A stretch of 64,000 nt of DNA. It comes from Amoeboaphelidium protococcarum X5 (lineage: Eukaryota > Fungi > Aphelidiomycota). How positions within the stretch are numbered: position 1 is the stretch's first letter; every line of letters begins with the position of its first letter. Below the pieces are notes generated by a model, which did no database searches, had not been told where the DNA came from, and saw only the letters and a program-made list of their open reading frames with translations. Shown one piece after another: positions 1 through 12,337 of the stretch. A program made the position numbers and the translations under genes. The stretch covers positions 435,868 to 499,867 of the forward strand of contig JALDTO010000208.1 of assembly GCA_023515725.1 (NCBI GenBank), written 5' to 3'.

Positions 1-538
1 GACGGCGTTACAGTGCATGATTAATCAAAGTATCGCAGCTAATTCATTACACAAGATACAGAATATCTAAAATTTCATATCTTTATTAAATTTCATTATT
101 CATCTTTTTACTAGCCTTATTAATCCAAAAACTCTGTGATTGCGTATTGCTTTTAAACAAAATCGCTAGCATTAGCAAATTCTTGGTCTTGATTTCTCAT
201 TTGGTTGATTATCGCATTTAGACCATCAGCAATTTGATTCGGACTCAGACGCACAACCTCAGCTATTTATCTAACCTCGACACCATTCGCTTAAAACAAT
301 ACTTGCTTAGAAGCCATTGCTATAGAGCCAGTAAATGAGAGCAGCGCTATAAAAAATTTAGACTTCATCGTTTGATCGGAAAATTTATTTGGGAAATAGA
401 GGCCATTTGATCACGAAGCGATTGCGGATGCTACATGAAAGTGATTGATGTAACTTCGGAGCTGGTCAGGCGTATGATGGTTTTGTAACGAGGATGATAC
501 ACTGCTGACCTTTTGTCTGCTAATTATAAATTAAATAA

Positions 539-2251
539 ATGATCATGAATCTTATATTGCTTATATTACTCTGCTTGTATTGTTGTAATGCGCGTGAAAC
601 ATTTCTGTCAAATCTGCTGTCTTGCACTGCTCACAGCCCGCTTGAAGGCCCTGCTGCATGGACAGTCTGCGCTATTCTGCCTGCTAAAGCTCAAGGACAA
701 TTGCGTCAGTTTGAGGGTGAAGTGAAGGATTCTGTCTTGAATCTATTAAACTTTACGCGTCATCATAATGTCATCAATGTCGTATACCAAACTGCGCTGG
801 CTGCAAGAAGAGGAGAAGCTTTGACTTACACAGTAAATGAGCTGCACACTCAAGGCGAATTCATCGCGGGTGCTGGTAAACAAGTGGCCAATGATATTAT
901 TTCAACAGGAAAGTTGGTTGTTACACCTGCTTACTTGTATGATCGCTGGCTCCTGTGTCATTCCAAACACGTTCAATAAAGCAAAGCTGATCGATTCCTA
1001 AAATGCTAGAAAGAGTTTAAAGACGTGCTTTCTGACTGGTTTTAAGATGTCAAAGGATTGAAGCCGACATCTGATACTTAACGAGCCGGTTCAACTGCCG
1101 CCATAATCGGCTAATTGGCAATTCCTCTGTTGGGTGAAGGCGCCGTGGAGTAACAAGCCGCCAAAGCCGCTAGCCGATCTGTTGGCAGCGTGCTGAAAGA
1201 TGTTGAGGCCATTAAATCTGCTACATCTGCAAAGGATGTGTCATTGACTTTGCCTGTCAAAGATGGACTGGTTGAAGTCAAACCAAATCTTGGTTCCCGT
1301 CTTGAGCCTAAAGAAGGTACTTTCAGTGATACGGATGACGTGTATTCAATGAAAAAGAGTCTAGAGGATCCTGATTTCTGGCTCAAAAACTGTGGGTCTT
1401 GTTCTACTGGTGGTCAATTGAGAAAACGCGGCCGTAGCTAAGCAGCTGGAAGTAAAATCTGCTGTGTACCAGCAACTACAGGGAAAAGAGGGCGAAGATC
1501 ATCGTCAGACTCGTCAAGCTCTACTGTTAAAGTTGATGACGCCGCCGCCCAAGATGGAATCAACTCAAAACCGAAAATTGGATAACAAGTGCTGGTCCAA
1601 GCTTAACGCACTCTGACAAAGTTGAGACGCGACAGAATGCTTTTGGAGAAGGATCCAACTGCGTTCCATAATGCAGCTGATAAATAGCTTTATATGAAAT
1701 TGGATAAGCTGAAACAAAATAGGTTGTAGTGGAGCGTATTAGATAGCTGGTATAAATCTAATCCAGGCATGTTTCAACTATTTAAGCAAGACTAACGTTT
1801 ATTTACGGCGTGGTCGATGTATATCGGTAATAACATTAGGACTGCGGAGATCATAAAGTTACTTGATACTTTACCTGCGTATGGTGGTAGACAAGGGAGT
1901 CCCTTCTTTCGATACTCTGCGCTTCCTGATTCTTTGGTCAATTCGTTGCAGACTGGCGAATCTGTGGCTCTGGAAAAATTTACTAAAGACGGGATTTCAG
2001 TCATGTCTGGAAGTCGAAGTCGACCTATTATGGCTTTCAAGAAGCCCGACAGCTATTTGATGGTGATCAATTCCAAATCAGCCAAATGGGTTGCTGGTGG
2101 TTCGGTACATGGCCTGCGTCAAGACGAAGCCATTCTTCATAACACGCGTCTGGCGTTTCTGGGGAAGGAGAATGATGTGTTGTACTTTGATGAAGTTGTC
2201 TCAGATATCAAGAAGCTACCCGCGTCATAAGATGTAGTGACTGGTGAATGA
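539..2251 (+). CDS. Secreted protein with C-terminal R-S-E class (CT/C3/VIP2-like) ADP-ribosyltransferase domain, ~570 aa
   Basis: ORF-track fragments 539, 1190 and 1817 share one frame and join when TAA/TAG=Gln; TGA at 2249-2251. Signal peptide MIMNLILLILLCLYCCNA. C-terminal LDTLPAY...FFRY (R, 1910), VMSGS (S-x-S, 2006), LMVINSKSAKWVAGGS...QDEAILHNTRL (Q-x-E, 2120-2128). Confidence 0.7.
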
Positions 2252-2468
2252 AGATAATTTTTGAGCTTTGAACTTTCGGTTTGTGATTATTGAATTTTTT
2301 TAGTGAAAGCATTCGTTATCTTTACCAACCAAATTTAGTTCTGCGTGCGTGTTAAGTGGAAATTTGAAACGGAACGAAGCAGTAATCTTAATCTCTTCAA
2401 ATCCCTTATCTCAAACTCTTTGTTTCACTGATCGTATACTGCATGTTGATATATGATTATTACGCGTT

Positions 2469-3392
2469 ATGTTACCCGTATAAGACGAATAATTGGAATC
2501 TGAATGTGTATCTGCCAGTTGGAAACCTAATTCCTGGCGTCATTTTTATTATAACATATTACCTCTCGTAGTAAGTTATGAATCTGATCTATTATGCCGT
2601 AGTTCTATGCTGAATGGTGACAAAATGCTTTCATTGCTTCTAGCTAGCCGTCAAGGGCAAGACTACTTGAGTTAATGCGTATTCTGGAACTCATTTATGA
2701 GGCTTAAACCAATTGATCTGGAGAACGATTTTAGTGTCCAAGAATGGTCTGCTGATTTTCTGGTTGCGCTTCATGAACGGGTTGGATGCGACGTGGGGGA
2801 TAAATTTTTTAAAAAGCCAATTACTGCTCTTCTGTTGGAAAATATAGCTGATCGTATGAGTATCTTGAATATCCACCGTCTGATCCAAATTTATGGGTTC
2901 TCTAAAGATCTAGTTTTCTCGGGTCAACCGATAGAATCTGCAAAGCTTTTATCATCAATTGCAGTGAGACTGACAGATACTCTGAAACGTGATTTTGAGC
3001 TGTATGGGGATGATGATGTTATGAAGATTAGAACGGCCCAAGCCCTTGGAGATATCTGTAATGCGTATTACCATTGCTTCCAATCGTATTCTGATATTGG
3101 CTTACTCTCATTGATTGACCTCTGCTTCTAAAAGATTTCCGGCAATCTCGGTATATTGTTGGCGATGCTAAGACCGATGTTGACGCCAATAGGACTTATC
3201 AATTGTCGCATGAGGGTCATAAATAAAACTGAACATGTGGATGCATATTTTGCAAACGCGTGGCCAATGATAGTAAATGAACTTGAAGGCAAACAAATTG
3301 ATTTCCAGAAGCGAATTGAGCCTTAAATTAGGCTTGTATTTGATAAAATCACCAAAGGATATAAGGTATACTTGTTTAAAGTTGAAAAATGA
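2469..3392 (+). CDS. Hypothetical protein, ~307 aa (3' end uncertain)
   Basis: ATG 2469; fragments 2493 and 2697 join in one frame under code 6 up to TGA 3390-3392. No family recognised. Confidence 0.5.
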
Positions 3393-3755
3393 ATTCATTG
3401 AGCTCTTGTCTCAAACTTAGCACATATTTTTAAATGTAACCGTTTGATCTTTTGTTTTCACTGTCTCATTTTGTTGGAGAACTTAACTAAGCATTTGCAG
3501 CAAAGAGGTACTGTACGCTTGATATTGGATTACGATTTGACTAGAATTTGTGCCACTTACGCAAACTGAAACTCACACAAAAGTCCCTGGAGATTGTGAT
3601 TTGATCGATTTCTGTAACCGCGTGTTTTGAAATAAGATTTCAATAATGCCTCCTCGCTCAGATGCCACACAAAGATCTCTCCGATTTTGAATTGAATTAA
3701 AGTCATTTGCAGCTAATTCAAGACGTGCATTTAAGAGCGGATTATTTTTTTAATT

Positions 3756-5660
3756 ATGGTGTTTAGTCTGGTACTATTCTCATTATTATTAAATTTGGTC
3801 TGCTTATTGTGCTAAGCGGCTGGTAATGGTATTGATTTAAAGAACACGTTAAATGGTGGACATTCTAATATTGGCTTTGTCAGGCCTTAGCGGTCACATT
3901 ACTCTGTCAGTCGTCGTATTATGAAGGGATACAGCCCGATGAATGCTCATCGTGATGGAATGTACTCGGGTATACGCGGTTCAAGAGCTATTGCTCATTC
4001 TTCTCCATAGATACCTTAGATCAGCGGTGGCAATTCATAATCTACTGACCGTTACTTGACTCCACATAATGATGGAAGCGATAGTAATGGTAACAATAAT
4101 GGTGGAAGAGGCGGTGGTGGAGGTAGAGTCTTTAAGCATGTTCAAGATTTCAACCGGGGTAGATGGTCCAGTAATTTACAGCCATACATTCTGTTATGTC
4201 CTGCTCTTAAAGAGCCTATCCAATCGATGCGACTCATTGAATAGAAGGGCGTCTAGTTAGTTTAGTATGTTATTAATAATCTTGATATATCTGGTATCTA
4301 GTTATATTAGCAGGGAATTCAGTAAGCCGTACCTTAGCAACACGTGTCAAGTAAGACTTAAAGCGGTAGACAGTTTAATCGTGATAAAGTATACCGACAG
4401 GTTCTGTTATACTCTATGAAAGGCGACTTGATCGGTGTTAGTTACGTTGAAGTTCATTCGATTAGGGAGATTATCGATTAATCTAAAGCCATAAAATAAA
4501 TTGATGAATCTGATGGAATTAATGCGCTGCGACCGAGACTTAGACGGTTAAATGTTGTGAGTGGAGGTGGTACAGTTCTGGTCAAAGAAGATTCAAAAAC
4601 GTAAATTCTTCTTCGTAAGCAATTGACACAGTAGTTGGAGTTTACTGAAGATGTGCTTATAGGAATTCAGCAATCTATTGCGGATTAGTTTTCAGCTCCG
4701 GCGCGATATTTAAAGTAAAGTTTAATTTCACTTGGACATCGATTGCCTGATCACTAGTTGCGTTAGTAGCTGCATCAAGTACTTTCTCAAGTACCATTTG
4801 ATTCACTCACTTCATTGGTGGATTTTGTGATTAATAAAGCCACTGGTGGATTAAATACTGAACTCATAATTGCGCCTCTGATTGACAATGCAGTGGGAGC
4901 TGCTTAGGAGGAAATTTACAAATTCTAACGCAAATCCAAGATTGGCAAGATTGGACATCTCGTTCATTTACAACGAAACATGGAGTAGAAAGTGAAGGAA
5001 ATGCACCCAAAGATTATGTAGCGCATCAAGTCTGATGGATTGCCAGTGATCGCGGATTATGTGGCTGCGAAGATGGCTGCAAAGCTTGAGATGACTTTAC
5101 GTTGTCTGATCCTAAGTGCATCTTCTATCATGTTTGGCTCTGACTACACAAAGTCTGTTGAAAGGTCAATGATCCCGATCAATGTCGCGTATTAAAACTC
5201 TCTGTGGCGTAATTTGATGTTTACAGAGGATTTTAAATAGACTTCTTAATAATCTGTTATTGGTGATAACACGCATTATCTGCAGCATGAATTGTTCCTA
5301 ATGGCACCAATTGATGGTGTGATATCACTACTACCAGAAGAGTTGCAGAACGTTTTGAATAAAGTATTAAAGCCCATTAAATACTTGGGAGATGCAGTGT
5401 TCTGTTTGCTTTTTGCCATAATGAGAACATTGAATCAGTCAACGGCAATGATTGTAAGGAAGGTGTTTGCTTTGGAACAAGTTGAGGATGCGATTATGCA
5501 GCAGATTGAAGTTTAGTTGATGCTGCTGTACAGCTCTGTACTTACTGCTGATAAAGTGCCCCGGAGAATTTATGCGGTCGGTGATATTGAAGCAACACAA
5601 TCTCTGGTTAATCTGATTGACTGGAATTAAATTGCCACGATTGAGCTTTGGGATCTATGA
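3756..5660 (+). CDS. Predicted secreted orphan protein, ~634 aa
   Basis: Continuous frame without TGA from ATG 3756 to TGA 5658-5660. Signal-peptide-like N-terminus MVFSLVLFSLLLNLVCLLCQA, Gly/Asn-rich linker, helical C-terminal part. No family recognised. Confidence 0.7.
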
Positions 5661-5924
5661 TGTCTTTTATTTTGCGTTCTGGTAATTGATGCTTTAGTAT
5701 GCTCTATTTAAATACCTGATTTATTAATATAGTATACCATAATTTTCACATTTAGACAGTTTTAAGAGTTCTTTATTCAACCGTAATAGTTCATGCGCTT
5801 GCTTGCAATGCTTGAATCATAGCAACCGCGTATATCACTGAAAATATACCGTAATTTGAACTTTTATAGATCTATTCTAGTGATATCGATATCGTATCAC
5901 TTATTAAATCTAAATGCAGGCGTA

Positions 5925-8399
5925 ATGAAAAGAAAATTGAATATTCTATCGTCATAATCATCGTCGTTAAATAAGGCACCTCAAAGCAGGCCATAAACGT
6001 CTTAATCTTCTCAAGTTACATCACCGTCCATTGATCAAAGTGGACAAAGTTCTTCAATTACAATATCACGAACATCGAAGGAGGAGAATGTTATAGTTGG
6101 TGTCAGGGTACGTCCTCTCTCTAGTCAAGAGCTGGAAAGCAGAGATCAAGAGATATGGGAGGTTAGTGCCGGAATGCCTGGCCAGTGTAACATGTCCCAA
6201 GAGTTTGCCGAACGTATGAAGCGACCATCAGGGTCCACTGATTATGCATTTGATATGGTATTCACGGGCAGCGACACTCTGCAGATATACGATCAGGCAA
6301 TCGGTGATATTGTTCAGTCAGCTGTCGATGGATACAATGCTACAGTATTCTGCTACGGGTAGACTAATAGTGGCAAGACGTTCACCATGACTGGCAGGGA
6401 GTAGTAGCCCGGATTGATTCCATGTGCCGTCGAGGATATATTTGCGTAGATATCTGGAAATAAGGAGCGCGAATTCCTACTCAGAGTCAGCTATATGGAA
6501 ATTTATAATGAGACAATAAAGGATTTGATTAACCCTGCGAATAGAGATATCAAGATCCATGAAGACAAGCACAAAGGCATTTACGTAAGTCCGCTGAAGG
6601 AGGTGGTCGTATCAAAGCCCGAAGATGTTGTTAAATTGCTCAAATTAGGCGATAAGAACAGACACACCAGCACCACTGATTATAATGAACACTCAAGTAG
6701 ATCGCACGCTATTTTCTAGATTACTATCGAGAGTAAGTAGAAATTATCAGATTCTTCGCTGGACTCTTCTGCCAGTAATGGCTTGGAAAAGTATCGCCAC
6801 CAAAATAGTAAAGCTGCGGCTAGTAAATCAGTCAAAGTATCTACTCTGAGTCTTATAGATTTAGCTGGATCTGAGAAGGCATCATCTTCGGCTGATAGGA
6901 GACGCGAAGGTGCGTACATTAATAGATCCTTGCTGACTTTAGGCACTGTGATATCACGCCTTGTCGTGGACAAGAATGGTCATATTCCGTATCGCGACAG
7001 TAAATTGACGCGTATTTTACAGCCATCACTTTAAGGAAATGCCAGAGTTGGTGTCATTTGCACAGTAAGCCCTGCTGCTTGTAATTATGAGGAGACGATT
7101 AATACTCTCAAGTTTGCACAGCGAATCAAGAAGGTTGTGACATCAGCTGAGTAAAGAGAAATTTTGGATGATAAGACTCTACTACTGCAGTACAAGAATG
7201 AGATTGAGTAATTGAAATCTAAACTGAACCAGATCGGCCAGTAGGAAGTTGCGTAGTCACTACTTGCCGTTGAGAAGTAGCGACTTGAAGAAGAGTTGCA
7301 ATAGTAGTAACTAGTCAGGAGTGCGTTGTAGGAACGGATAGATTAGCTTACCAAGATGATTCTGACTAGTTCTAGTACCAGTTCTTAACCAAGTGCTGGT
7401 AATGCTGCTGCTATAGCACAATAAAAGAAACAAAATCGCCTGTCTCTGATGTAAACTGCTAGATAATCTACGCCTGATCTGGTGGAAGAGGATTCTGAAT
7501 TGACCGGGAAACTATCATACTAACAATTGCAGTAGAAAGTGCTCAAACTGGAATCTGATTTGACTGTTAAAAGTAAAGAGTTGGAGGAGTTGCGTGACGA
7601 ATTGGATGCTTATAAAAATGGTGATAATTCCGCTGTTGATGCTCAGACAGCAGACTCTAATTAAATTGCGACATAATATGAGAGCTAGATAAGAGAGTTG
7701 GAAGCTGAGATTGAGCGACTTCGAAATAGATCTCCTTCAGATTTGAAGTTTGGTAGTTTGTCATTACTTGATGACTATTTAGAGCAGGACAAGTACACGG
7801 ACAAGGTGAATGAACTTTTGACAGAGATTGATTCTCTTCACGAGACCATTATGGAGCTTAATCAGGCTTTTACTGAAAAGGATCGTGTCATTCAAGATTT
7901 GTAGCTATAGTTGAAGTAGGTGTAAACAGCGCGTCCGTCTTCAGGCAAGTCCTCTACTCAAGGTGAAGATAGATAGCATTAATCTCCGAATGCCTCTTAT
8001 CTGTCTTCTTTGTTACGGCCACTGTCTTCAGGAAGTTCTGCGGCATCATCTTCTGGTAGGCGTGTCGAATTTCCACCATCTTTAGATCCGCCGACTCCTA
8101 TTGCATCATCTCCCGTGGCGACAAAGCAAGGTCAGACTGTAAATCAACCGTCAATATCGGAACTTTAAATGGATCTTCAAAAGGAGAAGACTCTTCGCAA
8201 AAATATTGAAGAGAGGTAGAGTGATAGAATTGCAATGTTGGAGACTGAACTTACAGTCACTCAAGCTCAGCTGAGTGTTGCCCAATTGCAATAGGAAGCA
8301 CGCAGAAGTTCTCAAACCTCAAAATCAGATAATGCATCCAGTCAAAGTTAATCAAATCAGCCAACTGCAAGGACAAGAAAAAGATCAGTACGTGAATGA
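5925..8399 (+). CDS. Kinesin-7 family (Kip2/CENP-E-like) motor
   Basis: [12 protein letters not shown]-loop YG(TAG=Q)[42 protein letters not shown], followed by coiled-coil tail. TGA 8397-8399. Confidence 0.93.
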
Positions 8400-8434
8400 T
8401 AATAGAAATTAGATTATATCAAGTCAACAAATTT

Positions 8435-11400
8435 TCACAACTCATCCCTTGACTAATGCAGTTCCAGTTCGCGAAACTTTTGTTCAAGTATCATTTTTTC
8501 AATATCCTTCTGCTAGCCATCATCTTTGTGCAAAAAGCTCTATGACTCTTGATTAAACATTTATTAAAGCTCAGCGTCAGACATAGAAAACTTGCGGAGC
8601 ATTTGTAGACAATCCCTGGACTTGACGGCTGTGATAGAATCCCCGGATTTGATTTTTCGAAAGAGTAATCTCATCAGAGAACGTAAATCTTCCGAGGCCA
8701 GATTCATTTAATTACAATTCAGAAGTTTTTCATGCAGAGCAAATATGGACAATTGATGACACTGTGAATCAGCGGATAGCTTATGCACAATAGAGAAGAT
8801 ATCCTGCAAAGTCAAATCTGACAGCAAGTGCAATATGTACTGCTTGCTTATTAGGATATTATCATTGCAACGTCCGCCAAAGCAAATAAGAGCCTCAACC
8901 AAATCCTTCTTCATATCAGTAGTAGAGTCTTTAAGCAGTAACTGAGGCAACAAATCTCGAGCTTGTTCCGCATTAATCTTACACTCCACTAATCGCTGAA
9001 GAGTATCATCAGAAGTGAATTATTTCTACTGTCTGATTTAAGACTATTACACAGCATCGCAAATACAATTATCTAAAATTTCCCAGAATTAGAATAACTA
9101 GGTGCCACCATGGTCTTTAAGCACGCTTGCTTAAGTGGGAGTACTGTCAACGATACTTTCAACATCAACCATGATACTGCTTGAGGGAATAGGCGTCACA
9201 TCGATCATATCGTTGTTGGCATCTTCTTCATTTTAAACGGGTGAAGGTACATCAACTTCATACTCTTTTCTGCGATATTCAACCTTGCTAGACAGTACGA
9301 CTTTAGACTGAGATGATACCTGCAAGTTCTAGTTGCGAGGTGTATGCGTAGACTTGGAATCCTCACTAATAGTTGCAGTGGATGATGACAACTGACATTG
9401 CACGCCATATTGTTAAAGAAAATTCTACACATTAGTAGGCAATTGCAGAAGCAGAGCTTTAAAAGTCTTCTAATGTTCCTTTTGTAAATTGTTCAGATGG
9501 TCCGCCAAGTTCTTCAACATTTAATCATCTTATACCTTCTGAATAAGCTCAACACATAACAAGACTACTCTTTTGTACAGAGACGCAGAATCATAATGTA
9601 CACCATGCTCAATCAACTTTCTGCAACCATACAACAATAGAGTATCACCATCGGCTATTCCCTGAGCTCTTTCACAAAATTCAATCAGTAGAGTTACGAC
9701 AACATTAGGCTTTAAATGGTTATCTTGAACATCTTTCAGAATTTCATCAATCATTGAATGCATGTGACTCTACTTGAGTCTCACGTTTAACAGGCTGACA
9801 TAGATTTCAGAATAACTCTGTGCCAAAATAGCGGGCTAATTTCTCAAAATCATCAACAATAAATCAAGCGTTGAATGTAGTACCTTTGGGTGACAGTTGT
9901 TGAGACAATGTAGAACACTCTGAGTATATAATTATTTAGATTCATCAGATATAGACCGATGATCCGTCACATACTCCATCAACTTATTAAGAGCATTGCG
10001 CTGAGCTTAAACATCACTCTCATTAGATTACGCCAATTCACATTAGACTTTAATCTTTTCATCAAAGGTTTGAATAGAATCATCTTTTTACACTGCGGTG
10101 CTTTACTGCAATTCTCCCACATTCACCTGATTGATAGATATGACAGATGCAATTTCTGGAGCAAACATTACATCTTTGGCAGCCTGTTACTTCATTGACT
10201 TAAACTTTCTGAGAATTGGCTTAGGAGCAGCAGATGCCGCATTGATATCATCTCCAGCCTTCAACTTTTCCTCATCACTTGCGTGGGCACTCTTGATTTT
10301 CCTATTCTTGAACTCGAGAAAGTCTCGGAAATCCTCAGTGATATTACGCTTTCGACCAATCTCTGAATCATCTCGCGGTGCCAGAGATTACACTTCACTT
10401 CTACTTACAACGGACGGTGCATCAGTAATACTCCGAGCGACTTGGAATTCATCTAAAGGCATCAGAACAGCACACGTCATTCTCTACTTTCTAGACCGCA
10501 TTCTGATTTCATTCTTACCAATGACAGAATTAACTGGTGCATTGACACATATTTCCTCTTACTAAGGAATAATAGTAACTGCGTCTACTTGAACTTTAAG
10601 AGCTTCATTAACCACTCTAGTCTGTGGTTAAACTTTTTACTTCTAGGAAGATGTAGCATTGGCCTTTCTTGCAGGTGCAGTAGAGCCAGCACCAGAATAA
10701 CTGTACAAAATCTATTAGCACGACTTGGCATACTGTGGTGGCAAGTTAGCTACAATATTCTGACACGATGACAGATCATAAGAACAATATTCTTATAAAC
10801 ACTTTTTAGCTGTATCTCTGACACCACCATCCGCATCGGTTATAAGCCCAGAGATAAGAGTAGGCGTGACGCCTTCAAACTTTACTAATAACAATTTCCC
10901 GTGATGAGATATAATCACCAATATACAGAGAGCTATTGCATTACGCACATTTTTATTAGGATGCTTACACAATGCAGAATCGTTAAATCTGATCAACCAT
11001 CCAACACTGGCACTGAAGCACTTGGCCAATTCCTGCAGTGTAGACTATCCACGAACAACGTTAATCTTATTCGCCCTTGCACAAAGTTTCAATAGAGCAT
11101 CGAAGCTGATATCATTCAAAATTTAAAACGACTCAGAATCATCATTATTTCCACCACCAGTACTACCGTCAGAACGCCATATTTGGCTTAGTTTCATAAT
11201 GAGGTTGCAGGCATTTCCACTCAACTTGGACCGGTCACTCAGCAGACACTGCTTTAGTCCACTACCTATAGTTCTCATTCCATCTCTAAAACCAGACAAC
11301 CGACATACATTTTCATCTCCGCACCATACATTCAGAACTGTAATTGCTTCATCAAACTATTTCCAAGTGGTTTCATCCTCCTTCTTACTGAACAGACCCG

Positions 11401-11523
11401 CCAGCTTATTGAACTCATTCTGCAGACTAGCGTTGTCTTTCACCTACATATACAATCAGGAAATTGATATAAATCTCAGAAAAATCAGAATATACAACAT
11501 ACAGATTTCTAAATGACACTCAT
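8435..11523 (-). CDS. STU1: CLASP/Stu1 microtubule-binding HEAT/TOG protein (intron 11444-11502)
   Basis: CLASP_N-like KEDETTWKQFDEAI, LSDRSKLSGNAC, HPNKNVRNAIALC, ISGLITDADGGVRDTAKKC. All minus-strand fragments are in one frame; GT..AG intron keeps frame; TGA at 8435. Confidence 0.75.
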
Positions 11524-11640
11524 ATCTATTCCTATTTGATAACGACAGTTATGGATAAAACAGAAAGTGTTAGCAGAGAGTGAGTAAGAGAGAAGCAATT
11601 CAACTGGAGAGAGATGTAGAAACGACGAAACGAAACTGAA

Positions 11641-11656
11641 ACGCGTCACGCGACGC
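11641..11656. promoter_or_regulatory. Tandem MCB-like (ACGCGT/ACGCGA) cell-cycle box upstream of CLASP/Stu1
   Basis: ACGCGTCACGCGACGC about 120 bp upstream of the Stu1 ATG. Function is inferred only. Confidence 0.35.
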
Positions 11657-11796
11657 TTGATTTGACAGTTTGGTTTGTGTTATGTCTGTATGACTGAGGG
11701 CAACACTGCATGAGACGACTCAAGTTCTATTTATATAAAAAAATGTAAGGACTAGAACCATTATGGCAAATAGTATATACATTCACAGAATTTGGA

Positions 11797-12202
11797 TCAA
11801 TAATCTTCAGGCTTGGTGTCAAATGCTTTCCGAGCCTTGTTCAATTCATCAAACTTGAGGAGGAGCTCGTTGGCGCGATCCAATTTCTTCTGATCCCGTC
11901 TGAGGGCGAACAGCACATCATCCACTCTAATACGCGTCTTATTACCACTAGTTCTCAACGAATCTGACACCTACACATTTTTGTGCATTGATTATAATAA
12001 TTATCATCGTTAAACTATTCATGTCAGAGTAATACACTTACGAGTTCGGTAATGTAATCCATCACAAGTTGATCCATCAATTGCACACTTTCATCCAGTG
12101 GCTATTGTGCATCACCAAAAGCGTACATCATTAATCGGAGTTCCTTGCTGAATTTGGATATTGTCTGTTATTCTTCTTCGTTCACATTTACTATTTAGAC
12201 AT
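11797..12202 (-). CDS. TAF13: TFIID subunit 13 (intron 11971-12041)
   Basis: FSKELRLMMYAFGDAQQPLDESVQLMDQLVMDYITEL / RIRVDDVLFALRRDQKKLDRANELL...LNKARKAFD. Confidence 0.92.
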
Positions 12203-12337
12203 TTTGATACATACTTTCTCTCAATTGCTCTTTAAGACAGCAAAGATTTCCTATCGCTGATCAATAATTTCTTTACAAAAGAGAAAGCCGTCCTTCTCTT
12301 CTTCTTCCTCTTGAGCTCCTTAGTACTTGTATAATAA

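Noticed and set aside
3367-3420. Possible intron extending the 2469 ORF
   Set aside because: The acceptor CTTAG does not match the TGTAG seen in all other introns, and splicing adds only a few codons.
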